This document shows, piece by piece, positions 44,536 through 54,887 of a stretch of 64,000 nt of DNA. Under the pieces are notes generated by a model, which saw nothing but the letters and a program-made list of their open reading frames with translations, ran no database searches and had not been told where the DNA came from. Numbering within the stretch: position 1 is the stretch's first letter; every line of letters begins with the position of its first letter. This stretch comes from an uncultured Elusimicrobia bacterium (lineage in GTDB: Bacteria > Elusimicrobiota > Elusimicrobia > 2-01-FULL-59-12). Location: the NCBI GenBank assembly GCA_963702895.1, contig OY969767.1, positions 1,440,001 to 1,504,000 on the forward strand. The letters run 5' to 3'. A program made the position numbers and the translations under genes.

Positions 44536-45716
44536 AGGGCGACCACTTTCGCTTGAGGATAATAAACCTTAAGAATTTCTTTATATTTATGTCCCTCCAG
44601 GGCACGGCCCCTGGCGCCCCACTGACACAGACCGACACCATGGCCCCATCCGAGCCCTTCGAAGGTCACGGATTTCTTATCTGCTTTGAGCTCCGTGATG
44701 AGGGTGCTTCGCAGGGCCTCAGGCCCCACCGCCAGGCGGAAACGGTTTCCAGCCAGATGGATTTCTCCCTTCGAGGTCTTCAACAGCACGGTCTGCGCCC
44801 TGCCAGAAGGGGACTGTTGGAGGATATCGACAGACCTGATGGATTGAACTCGTACGCCGGCCCGCCGCAATCGTTCACGCAGGGCAGAATAGCTGAGGGT
44901 CAAGTCCCATTGATGCCTGGGGTAAGCTGCGCAGTAGGTGTGATCGAGCGTGACGTCATAGATGGCCTCTTGGGAATCGATGTTCCAGACATTCTCAGGT
45001 CGCTCGGTACGGCCGCCACAAGCCGCATGAAAAAACGCACGGACGGGCCTGCCTGTGGGATCGACCAAAATGCGGCCCTCGGTCTCCAGTACCGCGCGGT
45101 TGGTTTCTGATGATTCGACATCCTGACCGCCATAGACCTGGTCCATGACGGTCGAAGACACATCAAAGCGTTCGCGCATGCGAACCCTTTTGTTGGCCAT
45201 GGCATAAGAGCGGGAGACGACCGCCTGCGCTTTAAGAGCTTCGATGGGCCAGCTCGGATGGACCTCCTTGGGCAGAACACCAAACAAGTATTCCGCGATC
45301 TGCAGATATTCCACGACGTCATAGCGGCCACGGCCCAAAGGATGAAACAGAAGCACCCCTCGGTATCGTTGGCCGTTCACGGTGAGACTATCCTTGGGCC
45401 TGTCGGGCATCACGAGCACATCTCCTTTGAAACGGTGCGTCCCGATCATCAGCGTCGAACCCGAAGCCCTGACTTTGAGCGAGCTACGACTTGTGCGGAT
45501 GCGATCGTTCTTGAGAAGACCGTAATGAAACGTTCCTGGGCAGGAAAGCCGGCTGGGATGTTGGGTGGATAAGATTCTGACTCGAATATGGTCCGAAGAC
45601 GCTGGAAGTCGTAGTATCGCCGTTGCCGTTTCTGCCGTAAAACCGGTGGCACCCCCTGACAAAAGGAGAAAGGATAGACAAGACGTCAGGAAAACCCTGA
45701 AAACCCTGAAAACCAT
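44532..45716 (-). CDS. SpoIID/LytB domain protein
   Basis: EYL.GV..KE, EALKAQA, DQVY.G, GWGHGVGLCQWGA; TAATG overlap. Confidence 0.92.
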   Translation of the reverse strand: MVFRVFRVFLTSCLSFLLLSGGATGFTAETATAILRLPASSDHIRVRILSTQHPSRLSCPGTFHYGLLKNDRIRTSRSSLKVRASGSTLMIGTHRFKGDVLVMPDRPKDSLTVNGQRYRGVLLFHPLGRGRYDVVEYLQIAEYLFGVLPKEVHPSWPIEALKAQAVVSRSYAMANKRVRMRERFDVSSTVMDQVYGGQDVESSETNRAVLETEGRILVDPTGRPVRAFFHAACGGRTERPENVWNIDSQEAIYDVTLDHTYCAAYPRHQWDLTLSYSALRERLRRAGVRVQSIRSVDILQQSPSGRAQTVLLKTSKGEIHLAGNRFRLAVGPEALRSTLITELKADKKSVTFEGLGWGHGVGLCQWGARGRALEGHKYKEILKVYYPQAKVVAL

Positions 45717-45937
45717 TAGTGTTTCCCCAGAAACCTTGAAAGCAGCGACAGGAGGATGCTGATCACCAAACACGTCGTGACAGGAAAGTAGATTGTGAAA
45801 TGATCGCGCTTGATGGCGATATCGCCTGGCAGCTTCCCGAAAAAGGGGACCTTGCCAGCGACGGAAAGGAAAATCCCCAGAACGACGGTGGCTAAACCGA
45901 AATAGATCAGCACTTTCCCGAGAGCCTGCGGTGTCAT
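45716..45937 (-). CDS. DUF2905 small membrane protein
   Basis: GKLPGDI, YFPVTTCL. Confidence 0.88.
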   Translation of the reverse strand: MTPQALGKVLIYFGLATVVLGIFLSVAGKVPFFGKLPGDIAIKRDHFTIYFPVTTCLVISILLSLLSRFLGKH

Positions 45938-45946
45938 GAGAGGACT

Positions 45947-46975
45947 TTAAAACAGCTGGTCCTGGGTTGTTTTCGGTGCCGGTTTTCCAAGATGCCTGTA
46001 AGCATGATCGGTCGCCAGTCGCCCACGCGGCGTCCGTGACAGAAATCCGCACTGGATCAGGAAGGGCTCATAGACATCGGTGAGCGTATCGACATCTTCG
46101 GAGAGGGCGACCGCGAGCGTCTCGATGCCAACCGGCCCTCCTCCAAATTTTTCAATGAGGGTACTGAGAAGTCGACGGTCCATGGTATCGAGACCGCGAT
46201 CATCCACATCCAACTGCCGGAGGCCGTCCGCCGCCACCGCCAGAGAAAGCGTTCTGCCGGCGGAGGTGTCCGCAAAATCGCGGAGGCGCCTGAGCAAGCG
46301 GTTGGCAATGCGTGGCGTCCCGCGGCTGCGCCGTGCGATCTCCCGGAGACCCCCCTGGTCAGCGCTCACTTTCAAAATGACACTCGACCTTTGAAGAATT
46401 TGCAGGAGCTCCTCCTCCGTATAGAACTCAAGATGGGCCGTGATGCCAAAGCGGTCGCGCAAAGGGCTCGTTAAAAGCCCAGCCCGTGTGGTCGCCCCCA
46501 CGAGCGTAAAACGCGGCACGGGGAGATTGATGGTCTTAGCGCTTGGGCCTTCGCCAATAATGACATCCAGCTTAAAATCCTCCATGACGGAGTAGAGTGT
46601 TTCCTCCACGACATGATTGAGGCGGTGGATTTCATCGATGAAGAAGACATCGCCCTCCTGAAGGCTTGTGAGGATGGCCGCGAGGTCCCCTTTGCGCTCC
46701 AGGACGGGCCCGGAGGTGACGCGCAGCCCACAACGCATCTCATGCGCGATGATCCCGGCCAGCGTCGTCTTGCCGAGACCCGGTGGAGAATAGAAGAGGC
46801 AGTGATCGAGAGGCTCTTTGCGCTGGGAAGCGGCCTCAATAAAGACACGGAGATTTTTCTTCATGCGCTCTTGACCCACAAACTCCGCCAGCGTCTGGGG
46901 ACGCAGGGACTGCTCGATCGGCTCTTCTTCGGCGACGGCCTGGGGAGTCAGGGATGGCGTTTGGGTTGTACTCAT
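45947..46975 (-). CDS. ruvB: Holliday junction helicase RuvB
   Basis: [27 protein letters not shown]. Confidence 0.98.
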   Translation of the reverse strand: MSTTQTPSLTPQAVAEEEPIEQSLRPQTLAEFVGQERMKKNLRVFIEAASQRKEPLDHCLFYSPPGLGKTTLAGIIAHEMRCGLRVTSGPVLERKGDLAAILTSLQEGDVFFIDEIHRLNHVVEETLYSVMEDFKLDVIIGEGPSAKTINLPVPRFTLVGATTRAGLLTSPLRDRFGITAHLEFYTEEELLQILQRSSVILKVSADQGGLREIARRSRGTPRIANRLLRRLRDFADTSAGRTLSLAVAADGLRQLDVDDRGLDTMDRRLLSTLIEKFGGGPVGIETLAVALSEDVDTLTDVYEPFLIQCGFLSRTPRGRLATDHAYRHLGKPAPKTTQDQLF

Positions 46976-47580
46976 GAAAGCTGTTTGAGGGCCTCTTTGA
47001 CCAGTTCGGCCGTGCTGGTCTGTGAACGCGAGTGCGACGGTAAGCGATCCAAGGCGGCTCTGGCCTCCGGCTCGCGATAGCCCAAGCTCACGAGCGCCGC
47101 GATCGCTTCACTGGCACCCGTCGCCTCAAGGGAGCCCGACCACTTCTCTCGTCCGGCCACGCGTAAAGCGGCGATACGGTCCTTGAGGGCCGCAATGATC
47201 TTGTTGGACGTCTTCGGGGTAAAACCAAAGAGGCTGGTGAGGGTCCTGGTGTCTCCTCCGAGCACCGCTCTGCGAAAATCGGGGGCTGATTTCGCAATTT
47301 TATCCAAATAATCGAGCGCTTTCTTGGATCCGGTGCCGGGTATTTCACGCAGCAAGAGGTAGATTTCTTTTTCCTCCAGGGACAGAAAACCATAGAGCGT
47401 GACAGCGCCGCCATACATCGCCATCGCTTCCACAATAAAAAGTTGGATCTCTTCGCCCACCGAAGGCAATCGGTCGTAGGCTGAGAGCGTTACGAACACC
47501 TCATAGCCGATGCCGTGCACATCCAGCAGGGCCTGGCCAGGCGATTTATGCAGCAGAGAACCCCGTAGACTGCCGATCAT
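46972..47580 (-). CDS. ruvA: Holliday junction protein RuvA
   Basis: MIGSLRG, GIGYEV, LYGF, ALVSLGY. Confidence 0.95.
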   Translation of the reverse strand: MIGSLRGSLLHKSPGQALLDVHGIGYEVFVTLSAYDRLPSVGEEIQLFIVEAMAMYGGAVTLYGFLSLEEKEIYLLLREIPGTGSKKALDYLDKIAKSAPDFRRAVLGGDTRTLTSLFGFTPKTSNKIIAALKDRIAALRVAGREKWSGSLEATGASEAIAALVSLGYREPEARAALDRLPSHSRSQTSTAELVKEALKQLS

Positions 47581-48251
47581 ACAACCGCCTTTAGGCCGTC
47601 ATCCCGGCGGCTCGTAAGCCGGGATCCATCATGATAGACCCCGGGTCTCCAAACGTCAGGCGACCCGGCCCGCCGGACGTGTGGAGGGCCGGCTTTCGCC
47701 GGGGTGACGTCGTTAAGTAAGGCACGATTTGTCTGGAGATGGCAGAGCGCGATCGCCAACGCATCGGCCGCATCATCAGGCTTGGGCAGCTCCTTGAGAC
47801 GGAATTGGCGCTGGACCATCGACTGCATCTGAAGCTTCGAAGCCGATCCGAAACCGGTCATCGCCATCTTCACCGCGCGGGGGTTGTATTCCAGGACAGG
47901 AAGTCCAGCCTCCGCCGCCACAAGCACGATCACGCCGCGGGCCTGAGCGGTGGCCGCGATGCTCACAGCAAATTTCGCGAAAAAGAGTTCTTCGATGGCC
48001 AGCACCTCCGGCTTGTGGGTCTGGATGAGGCTCGCCAGTTCTTGTTTGATCTGAAGAAGACGTTCCGGCAGGGCGGTCGAGGAGGGCGTCACAATCGCGC
48101 CAAAATCGATGAGAGCGATCCCCTTCGGTGCTTTTTCAAGCACGCCCCAGCCGGTGGTGGCCAGTCCCGGGTCGACACCCAGCACTCGACAACTTGACGC
48201 GGGGAAACTGGGACGTGGAGAACTGTCGATCATTTCTCCGTGTCCCCGCAT
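47577..48251 (-). CDS. ruvC: Crossover junction endodeoxyribonuclease RuvC (start 48251 or 48233)
   Basis: LGVDPG, EELFF, QARG, DDAADALAIA. Confidence 0.95.
   Translation of the reverse strand: MRGHGEMIDSSPRPSFPASSCRVLGVDPGLATTGWGVLEKAPKGIALIDFGAIVTPSSTALPERLLQIKQELASLIQTHKPEVLAIEELFFAKFAVSIAATAQARGVIVLVAAEAGLPVLEYNPRAVKMAMTGFGSASKLQMQSMVQRQFRLKELPKPDDAADALAIALCHLQTNRALLNDVTPAKAGPPHVRRAGSPDVWRPGVYHDGSRLTSRRDDGLKAVV
47598..47708. repeat. Composite palindromic element in ruvC 3' end
   Basis: Same outer unit as 43355-43418 and 54888-55042, plus nested double hairpin. Confidence 0.85.
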
Positions 48252-48266
48252 CACCGCGTCACCGCG
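48195..48266. repeat. Inverted octamer repeat (ACCGCGTC-like) at ruvC 5' end
   Basis: GACGCGGG/GACGTGGA arm versus TCCGTGTC CCCGCATC ACCGCGTC ACCGCG arm. Confidence 0.65.
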
Positions 48267-48273
48267 CCGGTGG

Positions 48274-49029
48274 TCACTTCGAGGCTGCGCTTTCAATGAC
48301 GTCCTTGGGGATATCAAAATTTGCGTACACGTTCTTGACGTCGTCGTGATCTTCCAGATCGTTCATGAGAGACATCATCTGCTGCGCCGGGGACCCGGTA
48401 AGTTTGACATAGGTCTTCGGCAAAAGGGTCACCTCTGCCGAAAGCGTGGGGACCTTCGCTGCCGCAAACGCCTTTTTCACAGACTCAAAATCCGCGGGCT
48501 GCGTGATGACCTCAAAGATATCGGGGTCTTCCGACTGAATGTCCTCTGCCCCGGCGTCGAGCGCCAGCGTCATGAGCTGATCTTCGGTGGCATTGGATTT
48601 CTCCACGGTCAGGATCCCTTTCGAGGAAAACATCCAGCCCACCGAGCCCGTCTCGCCCAGGTTGCCGCCGTGTTGAGAAAAAAGGCGGCGGATTTCGCCC
48701 GCGGTGCGGTTTTTATTGTCCGTCGTCACCTCAATCATGAGCGCCACACCGCTCGGGCCATAGCCCTCATAAACAAGCTCTTCGTAGGTTGCCCCTGGCA
48801 ATTCGCCTGTGCCCCGCTGGATGGCCTTCTTGATATTGTCGGCCGGCATGTTCGCCTCCCGAGCATCATCCATGGCCTTGCGAAGTCGGGGGTTCGACTC
48901 CGGGCTTCCCCCGCCGATTTTGGCAGCAATCACGATTTCGCGGATAATCTTCGTAAAAAGCTTGCCCCGCTTAGCGTCGGCCAAGCCCTTCTTATGCTTA
49001 ATTCCTGCCCAACGTGAATGTCCTGACAC
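48274..49029 (-). CDS. yebC: YebC/PmpR family protein
   Basis: GTG start MSGHSRWAGIKHKK with GGAGG RBS; YEGYGPSG; DDVKNVY.N. Confidence 0.96.
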   Translation of the reverse strand: MSGHSRWAGIKHKKGLADAKRGKLFTKIIREIVIAAKIGGGSPESNPRLRKAMDDAREANMPADNIKKAIQRGTGELPGATYEELVYEGYGPSGVALMIEVTTDNKNRTAGEIRRLFSQHGGNLGETGSVGWMFSSKGILTVEKSNATEDQLMTLALDAGAEDIQSEDPDIFEVITQPADFESVKKAFAAAKVPTLSAEVTLLPKTYVKLTGSPAQQMMSLMNDLEDHDDVKNVYANFDIPKDVIESAASK

Positions 49030-49221
49030 GGGTCCTCCTCCAATGGGGGGCCCCGCTTTCGCGGGGATGGAGCTGTTTCCTGTAAGCTTTTTGCCGGTCA
49101 CATTTTAACAGATTCGTGCCCTCTTCCTCGATGGATCTGGGCAACAGCTTGACTGTTCTGCGTCCGAACGTGACGGAATCAGGTGATGCGGCGTTCTTCC
49201 GCCGAAGGTTAGAGCAGCCCC

Positions 49222-51216
49222 TCAGGGCCTTGCGGATCCACGAGAGGCCTTGGCATTCTGAGACACCACCGCTAAGTTTTTCTTCGCCAAGTCAAAGCTG
49301 GGATCAAGGTGAAGCGCTTTTTGATAGGCCTGGATCGCTTGGTCCCACGCCTCAATTTGCGTGTAATAGTAACCCAGGTTATTCCACATGTCACGGTCGG
49401 CCGGAAAGACCCGGACTCCCTGCAAATAGAGCGCTTCCACATCCCCCTTGTGCTGCTCAAAATGTCTGAAATAGAGGCCGGCAAGCGCGTTGTAGGCGGT
49501 CTGGGAGAGCGGGTTAATCGCGAGGCAGATTCTGTAATAGTGGATGGCCTCCTCATCACGGCCGGCCTGCATCAGCAGGGTGGCGCGGTTAAAGTAAATC
49601 TCATCGTAACCGGCATTGGCATCCAGGGCCCGCTGGTACATGTGGAGCGCCTTTTCCTTGTCCCCCATGCGCGCGTAGACATTGGCCAATTCGTAATTAT
49701 TGTTCACCTCCAGGGGATGCCAACGGTACGCTCGCTCAAGGGAGCGCGCTGCCCCGGGCAGGTCGATGCCGCCCTTGGAGAGTTTAAAGCCGTGAAAAAA
49801 ATGGATTTCCCCCCTCCACAACGCGAACGAGCGTGCCATGAGACTCATGAGTCCCAGCACGGCCAGGAGCACGAGCGCTTTGCGCCACAGAGGCGCAAGA
49901 TTCACACGATGGACCTTGAGGTTTTCGGGGTCAAGCGCCATCACGGAGCCCACCCACCACCAGAAAAAAAAGGCGGGCACGGCAAAATGGACCGATACAT
50001 TCAGGAGATTATCGACCAGCATCCCGGCGACCCCGCCGAGCATGCCCCAGCACATCGGCTTCCATCCGCCTGAGAGGCGCCGCGCGATCGCAGCGCCCTG
50101 GCGAAAGAAAAGGACCCACATCCAAAGGACCACGCCGAATCCGATCGAGCCGATCTGCGACCAGTATTCAAGAATCTCGTTATGGGCGTTATTGGCGTGC
50201 GTGCGCGCCGCTAAGTTTTTCAGAAAGAGGATAGGCCCCTGGTAAAAAGGATAGAAGAGCTCAAAGCACCCCCACCCTTTCCCCAACCAGGGGTGGTCCT
50301 GGACCATACCGAAGGCGGCGATCCAGATCAGGAACCTCTGATAGACAGAACCATAGGCCTCGTGTGTAGCTCGTTTGACCTCCATCAAACGAGCAATGAC
50401 GACCGGCTTATAACTGTCCGCGCTTTGCGGCCAGGCAAGGACAATCAGCCCCATCACCACAAGGAGCGCTTTGGACCCCCGGGCGGACTTGGGGTCCGTT
50501 CGGTGCACGGCCCACGCGAGCACGAGCAACCCCACCAAGAGCCCCATCCAAGAGGAACGGGTCATGGTCGCCAGGATCGCGCCAAGACAAACCGGAATGG
50601 CAAGAAAGAGCAGGGCGCGCGGAAATCTTGTCACCTTAAAAAGATAATCCGCCACCATCACCGGCATCACCACAACCAGAAACGACGACATAAAGTTGGG
50701 GTTGCCAAAAGTCGAGACGGGCCTGTTGCCGTAAGGGTTGAGCTGCCTGGGCCAAATCAGTTCCACGCCAAAGAACTGCGCGATTCCATAAGCGGCCGCG
50801 AGGGTCGCGACGACATACGTGATCCAAAGCAGCGCCCGGACGAGCGAGGCCTCACGCGCGCGCAAAGCAGCCGCATAAACTAAAAAGGTGTTCACGAGGA
50901 GGAAAATCATGGATTTGGACCCCTCGCTGTAGATCGATGAGAGAAAGGCGGGATGGGCCGCCATCGACAGGAGCCAACTGCTGAGCGACACCAGGCCCAG
51001 GCCCAGGAACGGCACATCCAAGGGTGAGCTCACCCAGGCCAGTTCGTTATTGCGCAGGGACGCCACAAGCCAAACACACCAACAGGCGGGAACGAACACA
51101 TTGAGCAGGGCGATCTGGGTGTAATAGGGATTGCGCGTCAGGTCTGTGAAAAAAAGAAGAGGGCAGACCCCGAAGAGAAGGAAAAGGAGACTACGGACGG
51201 ATCGGGGGGTTGCCAT
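49222..51216 (-). CDS. O-antigen ligase-like membrane protein with C-terminal TPRs
   Basis: STFGNPNF, HNEILE, TPR-like repeats. Confidence 0.85.
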   Translation of the reverse strand: MATPRSVRSLLFLLFGVCPLLFFTDLTRNPYYTQIALLNVFVPACWCVWLVASLRNNELAWVSSPLDVPFLGLGLVSLSSWLLSMAAHPAFLSSIYSEGSKSMIFLLVNTFLVYAAALRAREASLVRALLWITYVVATLAAAYGIAQFFGVELIWPRQLNPYGNRPVSTFGNPNFMSSFLVVVMPVMVADYLFKVTRFPRALLFLAIPVCLGAILATMTRSSWMGLLVGLLVLAWAVHRTDPKSARGSKALLVVMGLIVLAWPQSADSYKPVVIARLMEVKRATHEAYGSVYQRFLIWIAAFGMVQDHPWLGKGWGCFELFYPFYQGPILFLKNLAARTHANNAHNEILEYWSQIGSIGFGVVLWMWVLFFRQGAAIARRLSGGWKPMCWGMLGGVAGMLVDNLLNVSVHFAVPAFFFWWWVGSVMALDPENLKVHRVNLAPLWRKALVLLAVLGLMSLMARSFALWRGEIHFFHGFKLSKGGIDLPGAARSLERAYRWHPLEVNNNYELANVYARMGDKEKALHMYQRALDANAGYDEIYFNRATLLMQAGRDEEAIHYYRICLAINPLSQTAYNALAGLYFRHFEQHKGDVEALYLQGVRVFPADRDMWNNLGYYYTQIEAWDQAIQAYQKALHLDPSFDLAKKNLAVVSQNAKASRGSARP

Positions 51217-53866
51217 GGAAGAGCCGCTGGACATCCGGATCCTGCGGGGCGAGCCGCTGAACTTTTTGCCAGGTGCGCCCGGCTTCGGCCTCTTGCCCCA
51301 GCCGTTGCTGGACTGCGGCGAGGTTTTTCAGGACGCGCACGTTGTCCGGCGCGACCCAAAGACTCAACCGATACGCCCGCGAGGCCCCAGCCCCATTGCC
51401 CCTGACGAAGCGGACGTTGCCCAAGTTTTCGAACATCTCCGCGTTGAAATGCCGGTGCGAGCCGTCCCAGCGTTCACGCAACACATCATTCTCGCGTGCC
51501 CGGCATTTCCAAGCATAGAGGGATTCGAGATAGAGCTGCTCGGCAGTCTCCTGACGCTGGGCGACTTCCGTTGCCCGGCCGCGCATCTGGGCGATCTCCG
51601 CGAGTTGAAGTTGGACCCAGGCGGCCCGCGCGTAGTTCGGTTCGAACACGGGGTCAATGGCATGATATTTCGAAAAATACAGGAGCGACTGCTTCCAGGA
51701 GGCCTCGGCCTGCTGAAGCGCTGCCTCCGCCTCTGCCATACGGCCCTGTCCGCGGAGCGTGTCGAACTGTTGGCGCTCGCCCTGTCCTTTCTTTAAGTAC
51801 ACAAGTCCCGCCTGGTGATGGGTCTGCACATAATTGGGAGCGATGGACCAGACGCGGCCGTATTCGTGCATGGCACGCTCAACGTCGCCGGGGCCCCAGC
51901 GGTCGGTGTACACATTGCCCATGAAGTAGTAAGCCATGATGTAATTGGGATTAAGGGCCACAACCTTCGCGTAATTCTCGAGGGCCTCCGGCCATTTGCC
52001 CTGTTTGGAGAAGTAGATGCCCCGATTGTGATAGACGTCTGCCATAAAGTATCCCCAGAAATGCTGAAGCGGCCAGAACATCACCAGGAGCAAGACGAGA
52101 TGCCCATACACATGACGCAGAGACAGTCCCACACGCACGAGCATCCACCAGAATCCCGCGACGGTTGTCAGCACCGCGACCCAAGCGATCAACCAGAGGA
52201 GCTGCTCGCCCATCGATCCAGCCATGGGCCGCTGCGCTTCGTTAAACTGTGTCAAGACCATCCAAGTCACATAGCCAAAACCGGCCAGACATAAGCCTCG
52301 ACCGATCTGGAGAAGCCAAGGCGGATGCGCTGGATTCAACAGGTCTTCGGGAGGAATCGGGCCCTGCGCCTCAGAAACCGGCATCGGATCATGCACGACC
52401 ATAGCGCCGATGAGTCCCGCGAGCAGCCACAAAAAGATGCCCGATGACACAAAACGCAAACTCACATCCACGGAATTGTGCATGAGCATGCCCCAAAAGG
52501 CGGCCAGGACCCCCAGCATGTAATAGGAACGCGGATCTTGGGAAATCTTTCTTTTTCCCGACACCGGGTCGCGAATGGTAAGGCCAGCGGTGAAGCGCCC
52601 GAGCGCTCGGACGCCGAGGACAGAGAAGGTGGCGATCATCCAAAGGAAAAGACCGAAGCCAACGATACCCTCGTCCTGCAGCACTTCCCAGTATTCGTTC
52701 TCCGCGTGATCGGTTTCGGTGTTGTGTTTGCCTTCGATATGGAAGATCTGAACACGCCGGACAGCGGGGTAGAGAATGCGGAAACTTCCGATCCCATTGC
52801 CCCAGATGGGATTCCACTGCGCCATTTCCCAGGTGGAGACCCAGGTGGCCACGCGGAACCGGACCGAGGTGATGCGGCGCCTCGAAGAAAGCCCAACGGC
52901 GACCACACCGAAGAGGAGAATCAAGACGGCAGACCACAAAAGCTGCTTGCGGACTTTCTCGGACTTGAACTGAGAGAAATAGAAGACGACGAGCATGAGG
53001 AAGGAAAGCACGGCAACGGTGTAGCCAATCCACGACCCTTTGGATTCCGCCACAACGACGCAGAAGGTGATGAGGAAGAATAACAATCCGAGAAAAGAGA
53101 ACCGGATCAGCGCAAACAACGCGAACGCGCACAAGAGCAGGGTGAAGAAGACGGCATTCCAGCTGGACAGGTTTGCCAACGCCAGGAATTCTCGGTGGTG
53201 CCAAAGAAGAATCGACACAGCGCCTGCCGACAAGATGAAGAATATGAGAGAAATGGGCTTTTCGGGGTTGCGTTTCAGCAAGAGGGCCAGCGTAATGGGC
53301 GTCAGGATGACCAGGAAGTTGCCAAAGAAGTTAGGGTTGCCGAAGGTGGAGAAGATTTTGCCACCAAAGGCTTGGCGCCACACAAATGGATCGAGACCGG
53401 GCTGTGGCAAGGGAAAGAAGAAGATGTCGAGATACTGAATGAGCCCGTAGAGGGTGGCGATGGAGACGGCGATGAGGAGATAGAGGATGAGGCGTCGCAA
53501 GCGCTCAACCGTTGAGAATTCCCGAAGCGCGATCAGCGCAAAATGCACGTAAAAAACCCGGCGCAGGGTTTCCTCGAGGCCGCCGCCGGGGTAGGCGCAA
53601 TGCGTAAACGCGAGAAGCCCCGAGGCGAGGCACGCCAAAAAGGGGATGGCGACAAGCGCGTAGCGCTCCCACTGTCCTTTCCAGTCACTGAGGAGGCGCA
53701 CGGACCAGAAGCCGATGAGAACGACGCCGCCCATCTGCACGATCGTGATTTTGACCTGCGCGGAATCGTAGGTGTGCAGATAAAAGGCAATGGAAGTCAG
53801 CAGGTAGAGAAAGGGCAGCGCGTAGGACAAAGCCCGGCTGCTGAGGCGCGCCGTTAAGCGATCCAC
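51191..53866 (-). CDS. Large O-antigen ligase-like membrane protein with TPRs
   Basis: STFGNPNF, G.GIGSF, HAENEY, TPR-like C-terminus; GTG start chosen to avoid overlap with divergent gene. Confidence 0.85.
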   Translation of the reverse strand: MDRLTARLSSRALSYALPFLYLLTSIAFYLHTYDSAQVKITIVQMGGVVLIGFWSVRLLSDWKGQWERYALVAIPFLACLASGLLAFTHCAYPGGGLEETLRRVFYVHFALIALREFSTVERLRRLILYLLIAVSIATLYGLIQYLDIFFFPLPQPGLDPFVWRQAFGGKIFSTFGNPNFFGNFLVILTPITLALLLKRNPEKPISLIFFILSAGAVSILLWHHREFLALANLSSWNAVFFTLLLCAFALFALIRFSFLGLLFFLITFCVVVAESKGSWIGYTVAVLSFLMLVVFYFSQFKSEKVRKQLLWSAVLILLFGVVAVGLSSRRRITSVRFRVATWVSTWEMAQWNPIWGNGIGSFRILYPAVRRVQIFHIEGKHNTETDHAENEYWEVLQDEGIVGFGLFLWMIATFSVLGVRALGRFTAGLTIRDPVSGKRKISQDPRSYYMLGVLAAFWGMLMHNSVDVSLRFVSSGIFLWLLAGLIGAMVVHDPMPVSEAQGPIPPEDLLNPAHPPWLLQIGRGLCLAGFGYVTWMVLTQFNEAQRPMAGSMGEQLLWLIAWVAVLTTVAGFWWMLVRVGLSLRHVYGHLVLLLVMFWPLQHFWGYFMADVYHNRGIYFSKQGKWPEALENYAKVVALNPNYIMAYYFMGNVYTDRWGPGDVERAMHEYGRVWSIAPNYVQTHHQAGLVYLKKGQGERQQFDTLRGQGRMAEAEAALQQAEASWKQSLLYFSKYHAIDPVFEPNYARAAWVQLQLAEIAQMRGRATEVAQRQETAEQLYLESLYAWKCRARENDVLRERWDGSHRHFNAEMFENLGNVRFVRGNGAGASRAYRLSLWVAPDNVRVLKNLAAVQQRLGQEAEAGRTWQKVQRLAPQDPDVQRLFHGNPPIRP

Positions 53867-53923
53867 GGTATCACCCAGGATGAAGAAATTGACTCTCGAG
53901 AGACCATTTGATCTGATTAGCGT

Positions 53924-54865
53924 ATGTACTATAGAAATAAAATCGGATCTCTTCAAAAGATATTCGGCACAAGCGACCTCGAACTCCAAGAACACGCTCT
54001 GCGCGTAGGCGCCCAAACGTTCCCGATCCACCAGGACGTCATCGATTTACTCTCCTCGCGTCACGGGCCACACTTTGCCGAAGACATTCAGTTTACTTTT
54101 GGCGAAGAATGGAAAGCACATGGCGAGGTGCGGCCCGAACACGCGCAAGAATTCGCCCAATATTTTGACCTGGTTGACTTGCCGTCGCTCCAAAACAAGC
54201 GCGTCTGCGATCTGGGGTGCGGCAGCGGCCGCTGGAGCACCTTTTTAAAAGACCGCTGCCGCGAACTGGTCCTCATCGATTTTTCAGAGGGCATCTATGT
54301 CGCCCGCAAGAACCTCCAAGGCGCGGACCACTGTATTTTTATCAGAGCCGATCTCACACAGCTTCCCCTTGCAGACGATTTCGCAGACTTTTTGTTTTGC
54401 CTGGGGGTCTTGCACCATCTGCCTGTACCGTGTCTGGAGGCGACGCGCGCGCTCCGGCGCTTGGCCCCCAAACAATTGATCTTCCTCTATTATGCCTTGG
54501 ACAACCGGCCCTTCTATTTTCGCGTCCTCTTGGCCATCGTCACAGCCGTCCGAATGGCCCTGGCGCGCGTGCGCCTTCCCTTTCTGCGAAAAGTGTTTTC
54601 TCTTTTCGGGGCGGTGTTCCTCTACCTTCCGCTCATCCTGATGGGACACCTTCTGGACTGGGTGGGCCTCGGACAGGCGGTACCTCTCTATGAGTTTTAT
54701 AAAGGGAAAAGCCTGGGAAGGATTCAGCAGGACGTGTATGACCGTTTTTTTACGCGTATTGAGCAGAGGGTCTCAAAAGCCCAAATCCTTGAGCTTAAGA
54801 AGGACTATGCCCAGGTCCTGGTGTCCGAGAAACTCCCTTACTGGCATTTTCTTCTGGTGAGGTAG
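53924..54865 (+). CDS. Class I SAM-dependent methyltransferase
   Basis: DLGCGSGRW, GVLHHL. Confidence 0.9.
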   Translation: MYYRNKIGSLQKIFGTSDLELQEHALRVGAQTFPIHQDVIDLLSSRHGPHFAEDIQFTFGEEWKAHGEVRPEHAQEFAQYFDLVDLPSLQNKRVCDLGCGSGRWSTFLKDRCRELVLIDFSEGIYVARKNLQGADHCIFIRADLTQLPLADDFADFLFCLGVLHHLPVPCLEATRALRRLAPKQLIFLYYALDNRPFYFRVLLAIVTAVRMALARVRLPFLRKVFSLFGAVFLYLPLILMGHLLDWVGLGQAVPLYEFYKGKSLGRIQQDVYDRFFTRIEQRVSKAQILELKKDYAQVLVSEKLPYWHFLLVR

Positions 54866-54887
54866 GCAAGACGCCAATCTTTAAGAC

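Noticed and set aside
45691..45714. AAAACCCTG tandem repeat at spoIID start
   Set aside because: 9-bp in-frame unit in a signal peptide; too short to imply phase variation
49030..49101. N-terminal extension of YebC containing IPAKAG
   Set aside because: GTG with GGAGG RBS gives the canonical MSGHS start; the hairpin is in the 5' UTR
53867..54031. Extended 5' end of the 946-aa ORF
   Set aside because: Overlaps the divergent methyltransferase; GTG at 53866 preferred
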